Numbered from the stretch's first letter, positions 49,781-62,187 are shown. The stretch is DNA of 64,000 nucleotides from an uncultured Microthrixaceae bacterium (GCA_963795165.1 CAWCGT010000001.1:577168-641167); one strand, 5' to 3'. The notes: a model not told the origin generated them from the sequence alone. Numbers and translations are program-made.

Positions 49781-51420
49781 CCCGAGGGCTGAACCTGGCC
49801 GCCCTGCACGAGGCGGTCGCCGGCCGCCGTGCCCGAGCGCGAGTGCATCGTGTGGCGCGATCGGCGGCTCACCTGGGCCGACGTCACCGATCGCACCCGC
49901 CGCCTGGCCGCCGTCCTGCGCGACCGCCGGCCTCGGGCTGCCACGGCCCGCTGGCCGAGCTCGCCGGCTGGGAGTCGCCGCACGACCACGTGGCGCTGTA
50001 CCTCCACAACGGCAACGAGTACCTCGAGGGCATGCTCGGGTCGGCCAAGGCCCGGTGCGCCGGCGATCAACGTCAACTACCGCTACGTCGCCGAGGAGCT
50101 CCGCTACGTGCTGCGCCGACAGCGCCGCCGCCGCGGTCGTCTTCCACAGCGCGCTTCGCCGCCGACGCTGGCCGAGGTCCTGCCCGACTCTCCCCCAGGT
50201 GCGCCTGCTGCTCCAGGTCGACGACGGACAGCGGTGCCGCCCTCCTCCCCGGCGCCGTCGCCTACGAGGACGCCCTGCGCCGGCCGCCACCCCGGCTCCG
50301 CCCGCCGACCTGTCGCCCGACGACCTCTACATCCTCTACACCGGCGGCACCACCGGCATGCCCAAGGGCGTGCTCTGGCGCCAGGCCGACTTCCTCGCCG
50401 CGTGCCTCGGCGTCGACCGAGACCACCGACGAGCGCTGGTCGCCGCCGCTCCGCGGCACCCGGCTGCGGGCCCTGCCGGCCCCGCCGTTCATGCACGGCG
50501 CCGCCCACTGGAACGCGCTGTCGGCCTGGATCGCGGGCGGCACCGTCGTCATCCAGGACGACCCCGCCCGCCTCGACCCCCACGACGTGCTCGACACGCG
50601 TGGCCCGGGAGCGGGCCACGCTCGCTGCTGATCGTCGGCGACGCCTTCGCCCGGCCCCTCGTCGACGCCCTGCGGGCCGGCGACCACGACGCGCGCTGGG
50701 CTCCGCTACCTGCTCACCGGCGGCGCCACGCTGTCGGCCAACGTCAAGGCGGAGCTCCTCGAGCTGCTCCCCGGCCTGCGGATCGTCGACGTGCTCGGCT
50801 CGTCCGAGACCGGCCGCCAGGGCGTCCACACCTCCGACCAGGCGCGCGGAGCCGGCACCGGCACCTTCGACCGCTCGCCGACCAGCGTGGTGCTCGTCCG
50901 CCGACCGTCCGGCGTGCTGGCAGCCGGGCGACCCGGAGCTCGGGCTGGCTCGCGCAGACGGGCCGGGTGCCCCGCGGGCTACCTCGGCGATCCCGACAAG
51001 ACGGCGCGCGACCTTCCCGCGTCGATCGACGGCGTGCGCTACGCGGTGGCCGGCGACCGGGCCCGGGTGCTGGCCGACGGGTCGCGTGGAGCTGCACGGC
51101 CGCGACTCGGTGACCATCAACACCGGCGGCGAGAAGGTCTTCGCCGAGGAGGTCGAGCAGGCCCTCAAGCGACCACCCGGCGGTGTTCGACGTCGTCGTG
51201 GTGGGCCGACCCAGCGAGCGGTGGGGTCAGGAGGTGGTGGCGGTGGTGCAGCTGCGCCCCGGGACCGACCCCACCGACGACGACCTGCGGGGCACAGCCG
51301 CCGAGCCCACGTGGCCCGCTACAAGCTCCCGAAGGCGGTCGTGCGGGTGCCCCGCAGGTGGAGCGCAGCCCCAGCGGCAAGCCCGACTACCGCTGGGCGG
51401 CCGAGCAGGCCAGCCCGTAG
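49777..51420 (+). CDS. AMP-dependent acyl-CoA synthetase/ligase; many frame changes as read
   Basis: Motifs are LYILYTGGTTGMPKGVLW, LLTGGATLS, DVLGSSETG, VTINTGGEKVFAEEVE and ERSPSGKPDY, across ORFs 49015.., 49299..51113, 49829..51427, 50791..51420 and 51183... Confidence 0.7.
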
Positions 51421-51432
51421 CGTCTGAGCCCC

Positions 51433-52340
51433 ATGGCCCGGCGCACCATCCCTCTGCCCTTCGCGCTCGACCTGCGTCGGTCGCTGCGGCCCGCTGCGCC
51501 TCGGCAAGCACGACCCGACCATCCTCCTCGTGCCCGACCACGGTGCTGCGGGCCACCCGCACCCCTGACGGGCCGGCCACGTTCCGCGTCGAGCACCACG
51601 GCGACCACCTCGAGGTGGAGGCGTGGGGCGACGGCGCGGAGTGGGCGCTGAGCATGGCCCCGAGCGCGCTCGGCATCCTCGACGACCGGGCCGGGTTCGC
51701 GCCCGTCGCACCCCGTCGTGGCCGACCTGCACCGTCGCGCCGACGGCCTCCGCCTACCTCGCGGACCCAGCGGGTGGTGGAGGCGCTCGTGCCGGCCATC
51801 CTCAGCCAGAGGGTCACCGGGTTCGAGGCCAAGCGCTCGTTCCGCCAGCTCGTCGAGCGGTGGGGCGAGCCCGCCCCGGGTCCGGGGGGCTTGCGCCTGC
51901 CCCCCGCTCCCGAGCGTCATCGCCGAGCTCGGCTACTACGAGCTCCACGTGCTCGGGGTGGAGAAGAAGCGGGCCGACACCCTGAAGCGGGCGTGCGCCC
52001 ACGCCGCCCGCCTCGAAGCGGCCGGCGAGCGCAGCACCGCCGCAGCTGCGCGAGCGCGCCTCGAGGCCATCCCCGGCGTCGGCCGTGGACCTCTGCCGAG
52101 GTCGCGCGGCTCGCGCACGGCGACGCCGACGCCGTCAGCGTCGGCGACTTCCACCTCAAGAACCTGGTGGCGTTCGCCCTCGCCGGGCGAGCCCCGGGGC
52201 ACCGACGACCGGATGCTGGAGCTGCTCGAGCCCTTCGCCGGGCACCGGGGCCGGGTGTGCCTGCTCATCGAGTCGGCCGGGGTCTCGCGCCCCGACGCTA
52301 CGGCCCCCGGCACCGCATCGAGCCCATCGCCGGGCGCTGA
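51433..52340 (+). CDS. HhH-GPD DNA glycosylase (AlkA / 3-methyladenine glycosylase II-like); frame changes as read
   Basis: Motifs are LVPAILSQRVTGFEAKRSFRQLV, VEKKRADTLKRA and the HhH LEAIPGVG..., followed by VSVGDFHL (catalytic Asp). Pieces lie in ORFs 51183..52340, 51433.. and 51718..52617. Confidence 0.65.
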
Positions 52341-52350
52341 GCCCGGGCGC

Positions 52351-52560
52351 TCAGTCGTCCTTCAGGGCCACCGCGTTCGGGGTGACGTGCATGGCCGGCT
52401 CGAAGGCGTGGCGCTCGACCACCCGGGCCTCGTTCCCCAGCGTGCGGCGCAGCGCGGCCCGGCAGCTCGGTGCACGGGCCGTAGAACGGCTCGTCGCATC
52501 GGGCGCCGGCACCGCGGGACAGGCGAAGGACAGGACGGCGGCGGCAGCGGCGGTCGTCAC
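52351..52560 (-). CDS. small hypothetical (possibly secreted) protein
   Basis: It reads in frame from GTG 52560 in ORF 52351..52920(-): VTTAAAAAVLSFACPAVPAP...RVVERHAFEPAMHVTPNAVALKDD. No family recognised. Confidence 0.25.
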   Translation of the reverse strand: MTTAAAAAVLSFACPAVPAPDATSRSTARAPSCRAALRRTLGNEARVVERHAFEPAMHVTPNAVALKDD

Positions 52561-52629
52561 CCCGCCAGGTTCGCGCAGCTGTCGCCCGCCGCGGGTGACC
52601 GGCACGACGCCGTGTAGGTTCGACCGCTC

Positions 52630-54580
52630 GTGGAGGCGACCCCAACCAGACCGGCTGGCCGGCCCGACTCGGCAGCGGTCGCTCAGCCTCGCGCTGGGCC
52701 CTGCCCGACGCTCACCCTGGCCGCCGTTCGCCCTGTCGCTGCGTCGTGCAGCAGCTTCGTGTACCCCGGGCTGTCGTGGAACCGCGACGAGCCCGTGTAC
52801 CTGTGGCACGTCGAGGTGCTCCGGGCCGGGCAGCTCTCCACCACCGACGGTGGCCACCCCGACCTCTTCCAGCCCTGGCTGAGCGCGGCCCGCGACGGCG
52901 ACGCTGTTCTCCCAGTACACGCTGGGCTGGCCGCTGGTCGCTGCTCATCGGCTCGCTCCTCGGGCAGCACCAGACCTCGCCGTGGCCGCCGGCGCCGCGC
53001 TGGCCGTCGTCGGCACCTGGATGCTCGTGCGAGGAGCTGCTCCGCGACCGGGTGGTCGCACGGTCGCCGCCGCCTTCATGCTGGCGTCGCCGATCCTCGC
53101 CGTGCAGAGCGGCGTGCACCTGAACTACCTCTTCACGCTCGGCCTCGGGCCTGCTCTTCGTCGCCGCGCTGCGCGAGCGGGGTCCGCCATCGACCGGCGC
53201 GGGCGCCTCGTGGCGGCGGGCGTGCTCGCTCGGCTGGGTCTTCCTCACCCGCCCGTACGACGCCGTCGTGTGGGGGCCCTCGTCGCCGCTCGCGCTCGTC
53301 GTGGAGCACCGCGCGGGAGCTGCCACCATCGGCGCCGGGCGGCCGTGGACCGCGGTCGGGGCCCTCCCCCTCGTGGCGCTCACGCTGCTGCTCAACCGCC
53401 ACCTCACCGGCAGCCCCACCGAGTTCCCGATCACCGTGGCTGACCCGCTCGACCAGTTCGGCTTCGGCGACGCGCCGGCTCATGCCCGGCTTCGACAAGA
53501 TCGCCTACGGCGGCGCCTGGCCCTGGAGAGCACGGGCCGCAACTCCTTCTGGCTGCCGTTCTTCGTGGTCGGCGCGCACCTCGGGGCCGTGGTGGCCGCC
53601 GCCGCGCGCCTGGGCCCACCGTCGCCGGATCGAGCGACGTCTCGCTCCTCGTGGCGCTGGGGCTGGCCTTCCCGGTGGCCTACTTCGCGTTCTTCGGCAC
53701 CCACATCTCATCGTTCACGGCCCGGCTGAGCGGGCCGATCTACTACATCCCCGCCTACGCTCGGGCTCTGTGCGGGCTGATGGCGCTGGCCGTGGTCCAG
53801 CTGGCCCGACGGCGACCCGGCCTGGCGCTCGGCCCTGGTAGGGGCTCTGGCCCTCGTCACCGTGCCCGTCACCGTCAACCGGCTTCGGTGAACCACGACC
53901 TGAGCGAGGCCAACCTGCCCTGGGCCGACTCGGTCGAAGGCGCTCGACGGGCCCGCACTGGTCGTCGCCGTCCCCCGCCCGCGTACCTGCTGTTCGTCAA
54001 CCCCTTCGGCGACAACGGCGCCGACCTCGACGGCCCGCATCCTCTACGCGTCCGACGACGGACCAGAGGTCCTCGATCTCGTGCAGGCGAACACCCGACC
54101 GGACGCCGTACCTCCAGCGGGCTGACCTGTCGATGATCGACCTGCTCCCGAGCGAGCATCCGCGCACCCCACGGGGTGACCCTCACCCGCATGGAGGTGC
54201 TCCAGGGGCCCGTGCACCTGCAGGGCACCCTTCGGCCGGAGGGCCCCCACCCGGCGTCGTGGTGGGTCACCATTGACGGCGCCGTCCGCTGGCCGCCACG
54301 ACCGGTCGGCTCCGAATCGGTCGACCTGGCCCTCGCTGGGCTCGAGCTGAGCGACGGCCTGCACACCGTGGACCTGGTGCTGGGTGCCACCCGCCCCGGC
54401 GTCGGCTTGCAACCGGTGGCCCGCCGCACCTACTACGCCCGCGTGCAGGGCGACCGCGTAGAGGTCCTGGCGCCGGGTACCGGCTCACGCTACGTGCGCC
54501 GCTCTGGTGCGCCCCGGGCGGCGTGGGAGGACGCCCCGAAGGTCCCGGAGATCGCCGTCGAGCCGGCCCTCGTCCGCTAG
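52630..54580 (+). CDS. large polytopic membrane protein, GT-C (ArnT/PMT)-like glycosyltransferase candidate with C-terminal soluble domain; many frame changes as read
   Basis: An early loop motif is WNRDEPVYLWHV. Multiple TM segments include FMLASPILAVQSGVHLNYLFTLGLG, GALPLVALTLLLN and LVALGLAFPVAYFAFFG. The C-terminal domain lies in ORF 54176..54580. Pieces are spread over ORFs 52630.., 52746.., 52982.., 53268.. and 53651... Confidence 0.4.
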
Positions 54581-57500
54581 CCGGGGCGGGCCAGCGAACG
54601 GACGTGACGTCGCCGGCGGCTGACCTCGGACCGCCGATCCCAGGCGTCCACCACCAGATCTGCGCCGAGCAGGGCGAGCGAGAGCCAGGCCAGGTCGGGC
54701 TGATCGACGGCCCGGGCAGCCAGCAGCCCGGCGGCCGCTAGACCGGCCCACGCCCAGGTGGCCCGCGGCACCATCAGCCCCACCAACGTGGCCACCGTCG
54801 CCAAGCCGGCCGCGAGCGGCGTGCTGACCACCAGCGCCGCCACCCCGACGCCCACGGCCAGGGCGGGCGCTCCCGGGGTGAGCGGTCGGATGCCGGCTAG
54901 GGGGGCGGCCAGCGCCGGCGATGACGGGTCCCATGCCGGCATCGCCGTGGGGTCGGGCGGCGCTCGTCGCCCTCGCATCACGAGGACGAGGCACAGCAGC
55001 GCCCCCATCGCCGAGAGGGCCAGCGCCCCCCACAGGAGCCGCTGGGGCTCCCATCGGATCCTCCCCGTGAGCCGTCCTGGACCGTCAGGGATCACCAGCC
55101 ATCCATTGCCGTAGCCGTCGACGACCCGGCGAGGACCAACGCTGGCCCCGTCGAGGTCCAGGCCCCACCCACCGCTGTCGCTCTGACCCAGGACCAACCA
55201 GAACGGGTCGCCGTCGGTCTCCAGCTCCACCCCGAGGTCGCTCCCGCTCCCTCCCCGCTCCACGATCGTGCCGACGGAATCCCTCGGAGTGCCCCGGACA
55301 CCGGCCAGCCTTGCGGCTCCGTCCGCCCCCGAGCTGAGGACCAGCCGATCCAGGTCAAGGGGCAGCTCGCCGAGGTCGACCGACTCGATCACGTGGTCGC
55401 CCGCCTCCAGCTGGAGCGGACCGTCGCACCCCTGCAGGTCGAGGCCCTGTCGGGCCTCGGCCGGAGAGCCCACCGCGCGCACCCGCACCGGCTGGCCGTC
55501 CACCAGCAAGAGCGGACGACACGGCCCCATGAGCGTCGTCGGCGTGGTCAGCTCCGGAATGGCTGGGCTGGTGACCTCGGTGATCGCCACCGGGAGGACG
55601 TCGCCGCCCGGGACCGCGGTGCGCTCCTCCACGCCGTCCACGACGACCGTGAGATGGCGCACGCGGCCGGCCGGAACCGGAAGATCAACAGCAATGGTCG
55701 GCCCGCCGCCGGGAGCGGCAGGCGGCACGTCCACGGTGCCGACGACCACGTCATCGTGACGGACCGCCAGCCGGGTGATCCGGGAGCGATCGGGCGTGTC
55801 GACCACCTCGACCACCAGGCGACCCACCGCGGTCGACCTCGGCCAGGAGACGGTGAGGGCCGCTCCCTCCTGCGGTCCGATGTCGGGCTGCCAGGCGGTG
55901 GTGGGGTCGCCGTCGATGGCGCTCGCCGCCCGCGAGCCCAGGTCACCAGCCAGCCGCGAGCTGGCCGTGACCGTCGGTCCCCCCTTGGCGAGCCCGAAGA
56001 GGGACGCCACGGCGTCGTCGGTGGCGTCGGCCCGCACCCGGAAGGTCCCGGCCAGCCCGAAGGCCCTGGCCTCCGGGAGGCGCAGCGCGCGTCGGAGGAC
56101 CGCCTCCTGATCCTGACGACCCCGCTGACGGGGATCCACCCGCAGGCGCGTCAGCACGATGTCGACCGGGAGCCGAGCGGCTCCCGGACGACCGAGCAGA
56201 TCGGTGGGGACGCGCACCACCTCCGTCACCCGCAGGTCGCCCAGCACCACCTCGCTGAACCCGACGGCATTGGCGAGGGCGGGATCGAAGGACGGCCGGG
56301 ACGTCCCCACCAGCTCCACCTCCAGCCGCGAGATCGTCTGCGAAGGCAGCTCGACGAGCTGCCCCTCGGGGGTCAGGGAGCGCTCGTCGAGGACCACCTC
56401 GATGGGGCGCCCCCCGTCGATGTGCAGGCGCGCCCGGGTGAGGACGCGGTCGCGCGGGCCGTCCTGGGGCTGGATCAGGCGGAGGGTCGAGGCCGTGATC
56501 GGGTCGTCGGGCTGGATGCTGAGTCGAGCGCCGGACGGGTCGGGGCCACCCACCCGCCAGGCCGTCTCGAGGTCCCCGTCGACCGCCGACGAGGCGCGGT
56601 CCTCGGGGCGGGCCGCGCCGCCGGCCGCAGTGGCCGCCACGCTGCCTCCCACCTGCTCCACCACCGTCCTCCGCTCGTCGCCGACCTCGGGCGAGGCGTC
56701 GAGACGCTGGTCGTAGCCGCTGGGCTCGGGCTGGGTCTCCCCGGCTCGCTCCGTGGGACCACGGGTGTCGCGGATGGCGTAGAACCACGTCTGGATCCGG
56801 CGGCGGTAGGTGTCGGTGACCACCAGGTCGGCCTGGCGCGCCAGGGCGCCGTCCAGTGCCTGCTCGGGGAGCGACGTGGCCTGCAGCACGAGTGACCGGC
56901 CATCGAGGAGCCCGGCTGCGCGCCGCGTCCACGATGCCGTCGCCATCCCCTGCGACCACGACCGCACCGCCCGCCGGCGCCACCCGAAGGATCTCCACGG
57001 GGTCCTCCACAGGGAAGCGGGCCAGCGCCGGGGGGGGCGGTCCACCGATCGGTGCCGTGAGGCCGGTCACATCGAGGAGGGGAAGGGCAGTGGTGGGCCG
57101 GTTGGGCCCTCGGGGGCCGTAGAGCTCGGGCGGGGCCAGGCCCGGAACCGGCGACGCGGTCAGGTCGGCCCAGAGGGCCTGCGGGTCGGGCGTCCGGAAG
57201 CGCTCGTGCTCCAGGTCCAGGCGCACCACCACGTCGCCGGCGCCCAGGAGGCGGGCGAGGGGTGCGATGGCCTCCGTCTCCAGCACCCCCTCCTGGAGGC
57301 GTCGGTCCAGGGCATCGAGCAGGAGCGCTGAGCTGGGCGAGCCCTGCGGGAGGACCTCGCGCACCAGGCTGGGCCGGTCGAGCAGGCCCGGCAGGACGGG
57401 GTCGGCGGCGTTCCCCCAGCGGTGGGCAGCGAAGCTCGAGCCCGGCAGCTCCAGCACCCGGGTGCCCCCGCCCGAGCGATCCAGATCGGCGGCCAGCTCC

Positions 57501-58809
57501 TCCCAGTGGACCGGGACGTCACCCCGGTCCTGGCGTTCGGACAAGAAGCCGTGACGGGCCACGGGCGTCAGCCCGAGCAACGCCAGCCCGGCGACCGTCG
57601 CACCCGCCGCCCAGCGCCGAGGGGCCGGGTGCCAGGCGCTCACGGCCGCGCCCAGCAGCCCGGCCAGCCCGAGCACGACAACGGGGACGGCGCGGGCCGA
57701 GTTGCGCAGGGCCAAGCCGGCCGAGGTGTCGGTGAAGTCGAGCCACCCCCTCGGCGAAGGGGCTCGGGATCCTCGAGCGGCCAGGCCCCCACGGCCACCA
57801 CGGTGCCGACCAGCACCAGCGCCGCGAACCGTCCTCGGTGGCGCCATCGGACGAGCACGGCGGCGGCCAGCCCAGCGGCGGCCAACCCGAAGGTGGCCAC
57901 CACGGTCAACCGGTCGTGGAGGTAGTCGGGCGCCTGGTCGATCGAGGAGCCGAGCCGGTCCGCGGCCGTAGAAGAACCAGTTGCCCAGCCCGCGGAGCAC
58001 GTCGAGCGGCGAGGACGTGGCAGCCACCGTCGGGAGGCGCTCGGTGAGGTGGAGCACCGGCATCCCGTAGCGACCTTGGAGGACGAGGCCAACCAGCCAC
58101 CACAGCGACACTGCGGCACCCAGCACCCCCACCCGCCCCGCCACGCCGAACGCCCGACGGGCCGACGCCCGGCTGGAGACGCTGGAGAGGAGCCACACAA
58201 GCGGGCCGAGGCCGACCAGCACGAGGGAGCTGGCGTTGCCCGCCCCCACCGCCAGCACCACCAGGGCGATGGCGGCCGGGTCTCGCCAGCCCCCTCGGCG
58301 AACGGCGCGGTCGGTGAGGCCGACCAGCCAGGGCAGGCCCGCCCACGGCAGCAGCAGGATCGACGTCCGGGCCGTGAACGCCAGCTGGTACGGGGTGAGC
58401 AGGTACACGAGCGTGCCGGCGAGAGCACCCACCCGTCCCAGCACCGAGGTGCCGGAGGAGCCAGCGGGCTCCCAAGGGCCGCCAGCACGGACAGGGTGCC
58501 GAGCCAGAGCCGCTGCGCCGCCCAGGTCGGGACACCGACGAGGTCGGCCGCCCAGAACCAGGGGCCCATGGGGAACAGGTAGCCCAGGTGCTGGTGGGAC
58601 ACGCCCCCAGCCCCCGTGTGGGCGTCCCACAGCAACGGGGCCCGGGCAAGGAAGTCGCCGGGGTCGAGGTAGAGGTACTGCTTGCTGTCGGCGCTGATCC
58701 GCCCGGGCGACGACAGCAGGAAGGGGACGTAGGCCAGGAGGGCCAGGGCCGCCACGTCCAGCCACCCGAGCGCCCGGGCCCGCCAGCCGGTCGTCGGGGC
58801 GGTGCGCAT
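54577..58809 (-). CDS. AftD-like (DUF3367) GT-C arabinofuranosyltransferase-family protein, ~1400 aa; N-terminal half frame-disrupted as read
   Basis: The N-terminus lies in ORF 57640..58809 (ISADSKQYLYLDPGDFLARAPLLWDAHTGAGGVSHQHLGYLFPMGPWFW). The middle lies in ORF 55943..58936. The C-terminal 822 codons are intact in ORF 54577..57045 and contain two discoidin-like repeats (AVDGDLETAW, AIDGDPTTAW) and C-terminal TM helices. Confidence 0.7.
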
Positions 58810-58934
58810 GTCCGGAGGATGCTACCGAGGGGTCGTAGGCCCCCCGGGACGACCCTCGACGGGTTCCGGACTCGGAGGGGTCGGCCACTACGCTCGGGAG
58901 GCCGTTGCCGCCGCCACCACACCCAGGATCCGTC

Positions 58935-60449
58935 ATGCCCGCCGCCCCCTCCGCTCCCTCGTCCCCCCGCGACCCCGGTCAGGTGGTCGTCATCGGCGCC
59001 GGGCCCGCTGGGCTCACCGCCGCCTACGAGCTCGGGAAGGCGGGCCACCCGTGCACGGTGCTGGAGGCCAGCGACGTCGTTGGCGGCATCAGCCAGACGG
59101 TGGTCCGCGACGGCTGGCGCTTCGACATCGGGGGCCATCGGTTCTTCACCAAGGTCCCCGAGGTGGAAGCGCTCTGGCACGAGATCCTCCCGGACGAGGA
59201 CTTCATGCTCCGGCCCCGGGCCAGCCGGATCTTCTACCAGGGCAAGTTCTACGACTACCCGATCAAGCCCCTGAACGCGCTGCGCAACCTCGGCTTCCTC
59301 GAGGCCGTGCGCTGTGTCCTGTCCTACCTGTGGGTGCGGGTGCGGCCGCCTGCCGATCAGTCCACCTTGGAGGGCTACATCGCCGCCAACTACGGCTGGC
59401 GCCTCTACGGGCACTTCTTCCGCACGTACAGCGAGAAGGTGTGGGGGGTGCCGCCCTCGCAGATCTCCGCCGAGTGGGGAGCGCAGCGCATCAAGGGCAT
59501 GTCGCTGTTCAAGGCCGTCTGGGAGCCGCTTCGGGCTCGGGTGGCCGGCCGTCGCGGAGGCCGGGCGCAGGTCACCTCGCTCATCGAGGAGTTCCAGTAC
59601 CCCAAGCACGGTCCCGGGATGATGTGGGAACGGTGCTGCTCACTCGTGGAGGGGCAGGGCTCCAAGGTGGTCTTCGACGCGCCGGTCACGCGGATCCTGC
59701 ACGACGGCGGGCGCGCCACCGCGGTGACGGCTGGCGGATCCACCTACGAGGCCGACCACGTCATCTCCTCCATGCCCTTCAACGGCCTGCTGCGGGCGAT
59801 GGACCCGCCGGTGCCGGCGCCGGTGCAGACGGCCGCCGACGACCTCGCCTTCCGCGACTTCCTCTCGGTGGCCCTGGTCGTCCCTGCCGACAAGGTGGCG
59901 TGGACGGACAACTGGATCTACATCCACGCCCCCGAGGTCAAGACGATGCGGGTCCAGAACTTCGGGTCGTGGTCCCCCCACATGGTGAAGGACGGCCACA
60001 ACGTCCTGGGCCTCGAGTACACCGTCCAGGAGGGCGACGAGTGGTGGACCGCCTCCGACGAGGAGCTGGTGGCCAAGGGGAAGGCTGAGCTCGAGGCGCT
60101 GGGGCTCATGCGAGCCACCGACGTCGAAGCCGGCTACGTCGTCCGGATGCCGAAGGCGTACCCGCTCTACGACGAGACCTACAAGGCCAACGTGGCCGTC
60201 CTCCGCGCCTGGTTGGAGGAGCACGCGCCCAACGTGCACCCCGTCGGCCGCAACGGGATGCACAAGTACAACAACCAGGACCACTCGATGTTCACCGCCA
60301 TGCTGACGGTGGAGAACCTCCTCGGCGCCCACCACGACATCTGGGAGGTCAACGTGGAGGAGGAGTACCACGAGGAGTCCGGGGGCGCGACGGGCTCGAG
60401 CGGCACTGGGCGCGACGCCCCGATCCTGCCGAAGCCCGCCGAGCGCTAG
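58935..60449 (+). CDS. FAD/NAD(P)-binding oxidoreductase (amine-oxidase/UDP-galactopyranose-mutase-like fold)
   Basis: ORF 58905..60449, intact. The dinucleotide-binding motif is VVVIGAGPAGLTAAYEL...VLEASDVVGG, followed by GGHRFF. The start is either ATG 58935 or the upstream alternative at 58905. Confidence 0.8.
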   Translation: MPAAPSAPSSPRDPGQVVVIGAGPAGLTAAYELGKAGHPCTVLEASDVVGGISQTVVRDGWRFDIGGHRFFTKVPEVEALWHEILPDEDFMLRPRASRIFYQGKFYDYPIKPLNALRNLGFLEAVRCVLSYLWVRVRPPADQSTLEGYIAANYGWRLYGHFFRTYSEKVWGVPPSQISAEWGAQRIKGMSLFKAVWEPLRARVAGRRGGRAQVTSLIEEFQYPKHGPGMMWERCCSLVEGQGSKVVFDAPVTRILHDGGRATAVTAGGSTYEADHVISSMPFNGLLRAMDPPVPAPVQTAADDLAFRDFLSVALVVPADKVAWTDNWIYIHAPEVKTMRVQNFGSWSPHMVKDGHNVLGLEYTVQEGDEWWTASDEELVAKGKAELEALGLMRATDVEAGYVVRMPKAYPLYDETYKANVAVLRAWLEEHAPNVHPVGRNGMHKYNNQDHSMFTAMLTVENLLGAHHDIWEVNVEEEYHEESGGATGSSGTGRDAPILPKPAER

Positions 60450-60486
60450 CGCCCCGGCCCACGCCCCAACGTCGAAGGGACCGGGC

Positions 60487-62187
60487 TCAGGCAGTGGGGG
60501 TGAAGAACACGGCGACCGTGCCCCGCTCGTGGCGGTCGCGCAGCCATCGGTAGCGCGCGAGGGCCCGGCCCGACAGCTCGTCCGCCTCCGCTCGTGGCCG
60601 CAGCTCCGCGAGGTTGGCTCGCTCCGCCTCGTCGAGCCACCATGCGATGGCGATCCGCTCCCGCCCGGGCCGCTGCTCCAGAGCCCGGTCGCCGTAGCCC
60701 ATGGAGACCGTGCCCGTCACCGACCCTCGGCGGCGTCGATCGTCGCCGAACCGGGCCACCTCCCGCTCGTCCTCGAACACGAAGGGCACCTGGCGCGCCT
60801 GCAGCTCGGCCAGGACCACGTAGGAGAACGGCTCCCCGAAGTAGAGGCGGCTCCGGTCGACCAACACCGCTCCCCTCCCCTCCAGCGGACCCAGCTGGTC
60901 GACGAGCTCCTCGGCCACCGGGATCAGGGGGGCGTCGGCCGCCGGGGAGGCCTGCTGGTAGGAGGTGGGAAGGGCCGCCAGAGCGATCACCACGGCCAGG
61001 CCGGCCACCCCGAGCGTCGGACGACGCCCGCTGAGACTGCCACCCCGCACCACCCCGACCACGAGAGCCAGCGTGACCATGGCGGCGACCGGCCAGAGCG
61101 ACCGGAAGTTGTGGGCCACCGGCCCGAACCCGGCGCTCAGCGGCGTGAGGGCGGCAGACACGCCGGCCGCCACCAGGCCCACCGTGGCCGTCGCCACCGC
61201 CGCCAGCGTGGTCCGATCGTCGCGGCGGCGGGCGACGATCGACACGGCGACCAGCCCCCCCACCACCAACGCCAGCACGCCGGCAGCCGCCAGGGGTCCG
61301 AGGAGGCCGTCGGCCGGGTCGAAGGTCCCGAAGGCCGGCCGCACCCACCCCACGACCGGCAGAGCGACGGTGGCGACGGCCCGGACCGCCCGACCGACGC
61401 CGTAGGCGGGCTCCTCCGGGCCCGTGGCCTCCGTCAGCGCCGTCAGGTTTCCCTGGCCTCCACCCAGTTCCTCGGCGAGGGGCTGGACCCAGGCCAGGGC
61501 CAGGACCGCTGCGCTCAGCAGGACCCAGCGCCGCCGCGCCCCGCCAGCCCGAACCAACCCCACGAGACCCAGCCCGCTGAGGGCTAGGACCGGCAGCACG
61601 AAGGTGAGGTGGGTCTGCGCCACCAGGCTGCCCATGCCGACCGCCCAGGGCGCCAGCGGCCAGTCGCCGTCCGCCAGCGCCCACGCCAGCACCACCACGG
61701 CGAGGAAGGGGAGCACCAAGGCGTGGTGCTGGCGCGGCTCGATCAAGAGCTCGCTGCCGAGGGTCCACCCCATCGCGGCCACGGTGGCGGCGCCCAACCA
61801 CGCCCCCAGCAGGCCGAGGCGCCGCCCGGCTGCCACCACCACCAGGATGGCTGCGAGGGCGTTGAGGCTGGCCACCCCCACCACCACCCCGGCGCCCACG
61901 TCGAGCATCCGAAGGGGGACCGCCAACCAGTCGAGCTGGAGCGGCCCGAGGTTGTTCACGGACACGCCGACGGACCGCGACCCCGCGCTCCAGGCCCCGA
62001 CGAGTGGGTGGTGCTCGGTCAGGACGTCTCGAGCGCGGATGGCGAAGTAGCCGTTGTCGCCCATCGGGAGCCAGCCCCGACCGATGGCGCGGGCGGCTGC
62101 CACCACGATCGGCAGGATCGCCACCCCCGCCGGGGCGGCCCAGGCCCGCCAGCCCAGCACGGGTGCCGGCGGCTCAGGCGTCGGCAC
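60487..62187 (-). CDS. uncharacterised polytopic membrane protein with soluble C-terminal domain (paralog A; GT-C-like candidate)
   Basis: ORF 60487..62187(-), intact, 566 aa. It has about 12 hydrophobic segments. The first-loop motif is LPMGDNGYFAIRARDVLTEHHPLVGAWS...NNLGPLQLD. Confidence 0.6.
   Translation of the reverse strand: MPTPEPPAPVLGWRAWAAPAGVAILPIVVAAARAIGRGWLPMGDNGYFAIRARDVLTEHHPLVGAWSAGSRSVGVSVNNLGPLQLDWLAVPLRMLDVGAGVVVGVASLNALAAILVVVAAGRRLGLLGAWLGAATVAAMGWTLGSELLIEPRQHHALVLPFLAVVVLAWALADGDWPLAPWAVGMGSLVAQTHLTFVLPVLALSGLGLVGLVRAGGARRRWVLLSAAVLALAWVQPLAEELGGGQGNLTALTEATGPEEPAYGVGRAVRAVATVALPVVGWVRPAFGTFDPADGLLGPLAAAGVLALVVGGLVAVSIVARRRDDRTTLAAVATATVGLVAAGVSAALTPLSAGFGPVAHNFRSLWPVAAMVTLALVVGVVRGGSLSGRRPTLGVAGLAVVIALAALPTSYQQASPAADAPLIPVAEELVDQLGPLEGRGAVLVDRSRLYFGEPFSYVVLAELQARQVPFVFEDEREVARFGDDRRRRGSVTGTVSMGYGDRALEQRPGRERIAIAWWLDEAERANLAELRPRAEADELSGRALARYRWLRDRHERGTVAVFFTPTA

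Noticed and set aside
52298-52920. A longer minus-strand gene (189 aa, ORF 52351..52920) overlapping the start of the GT-C-like gene
   Set aside because: Only the last ~69 codons, from GTG 52560, look protein-like. The upstream part is antisense to the plus-strand membrane protein gene and has off-frame composition.
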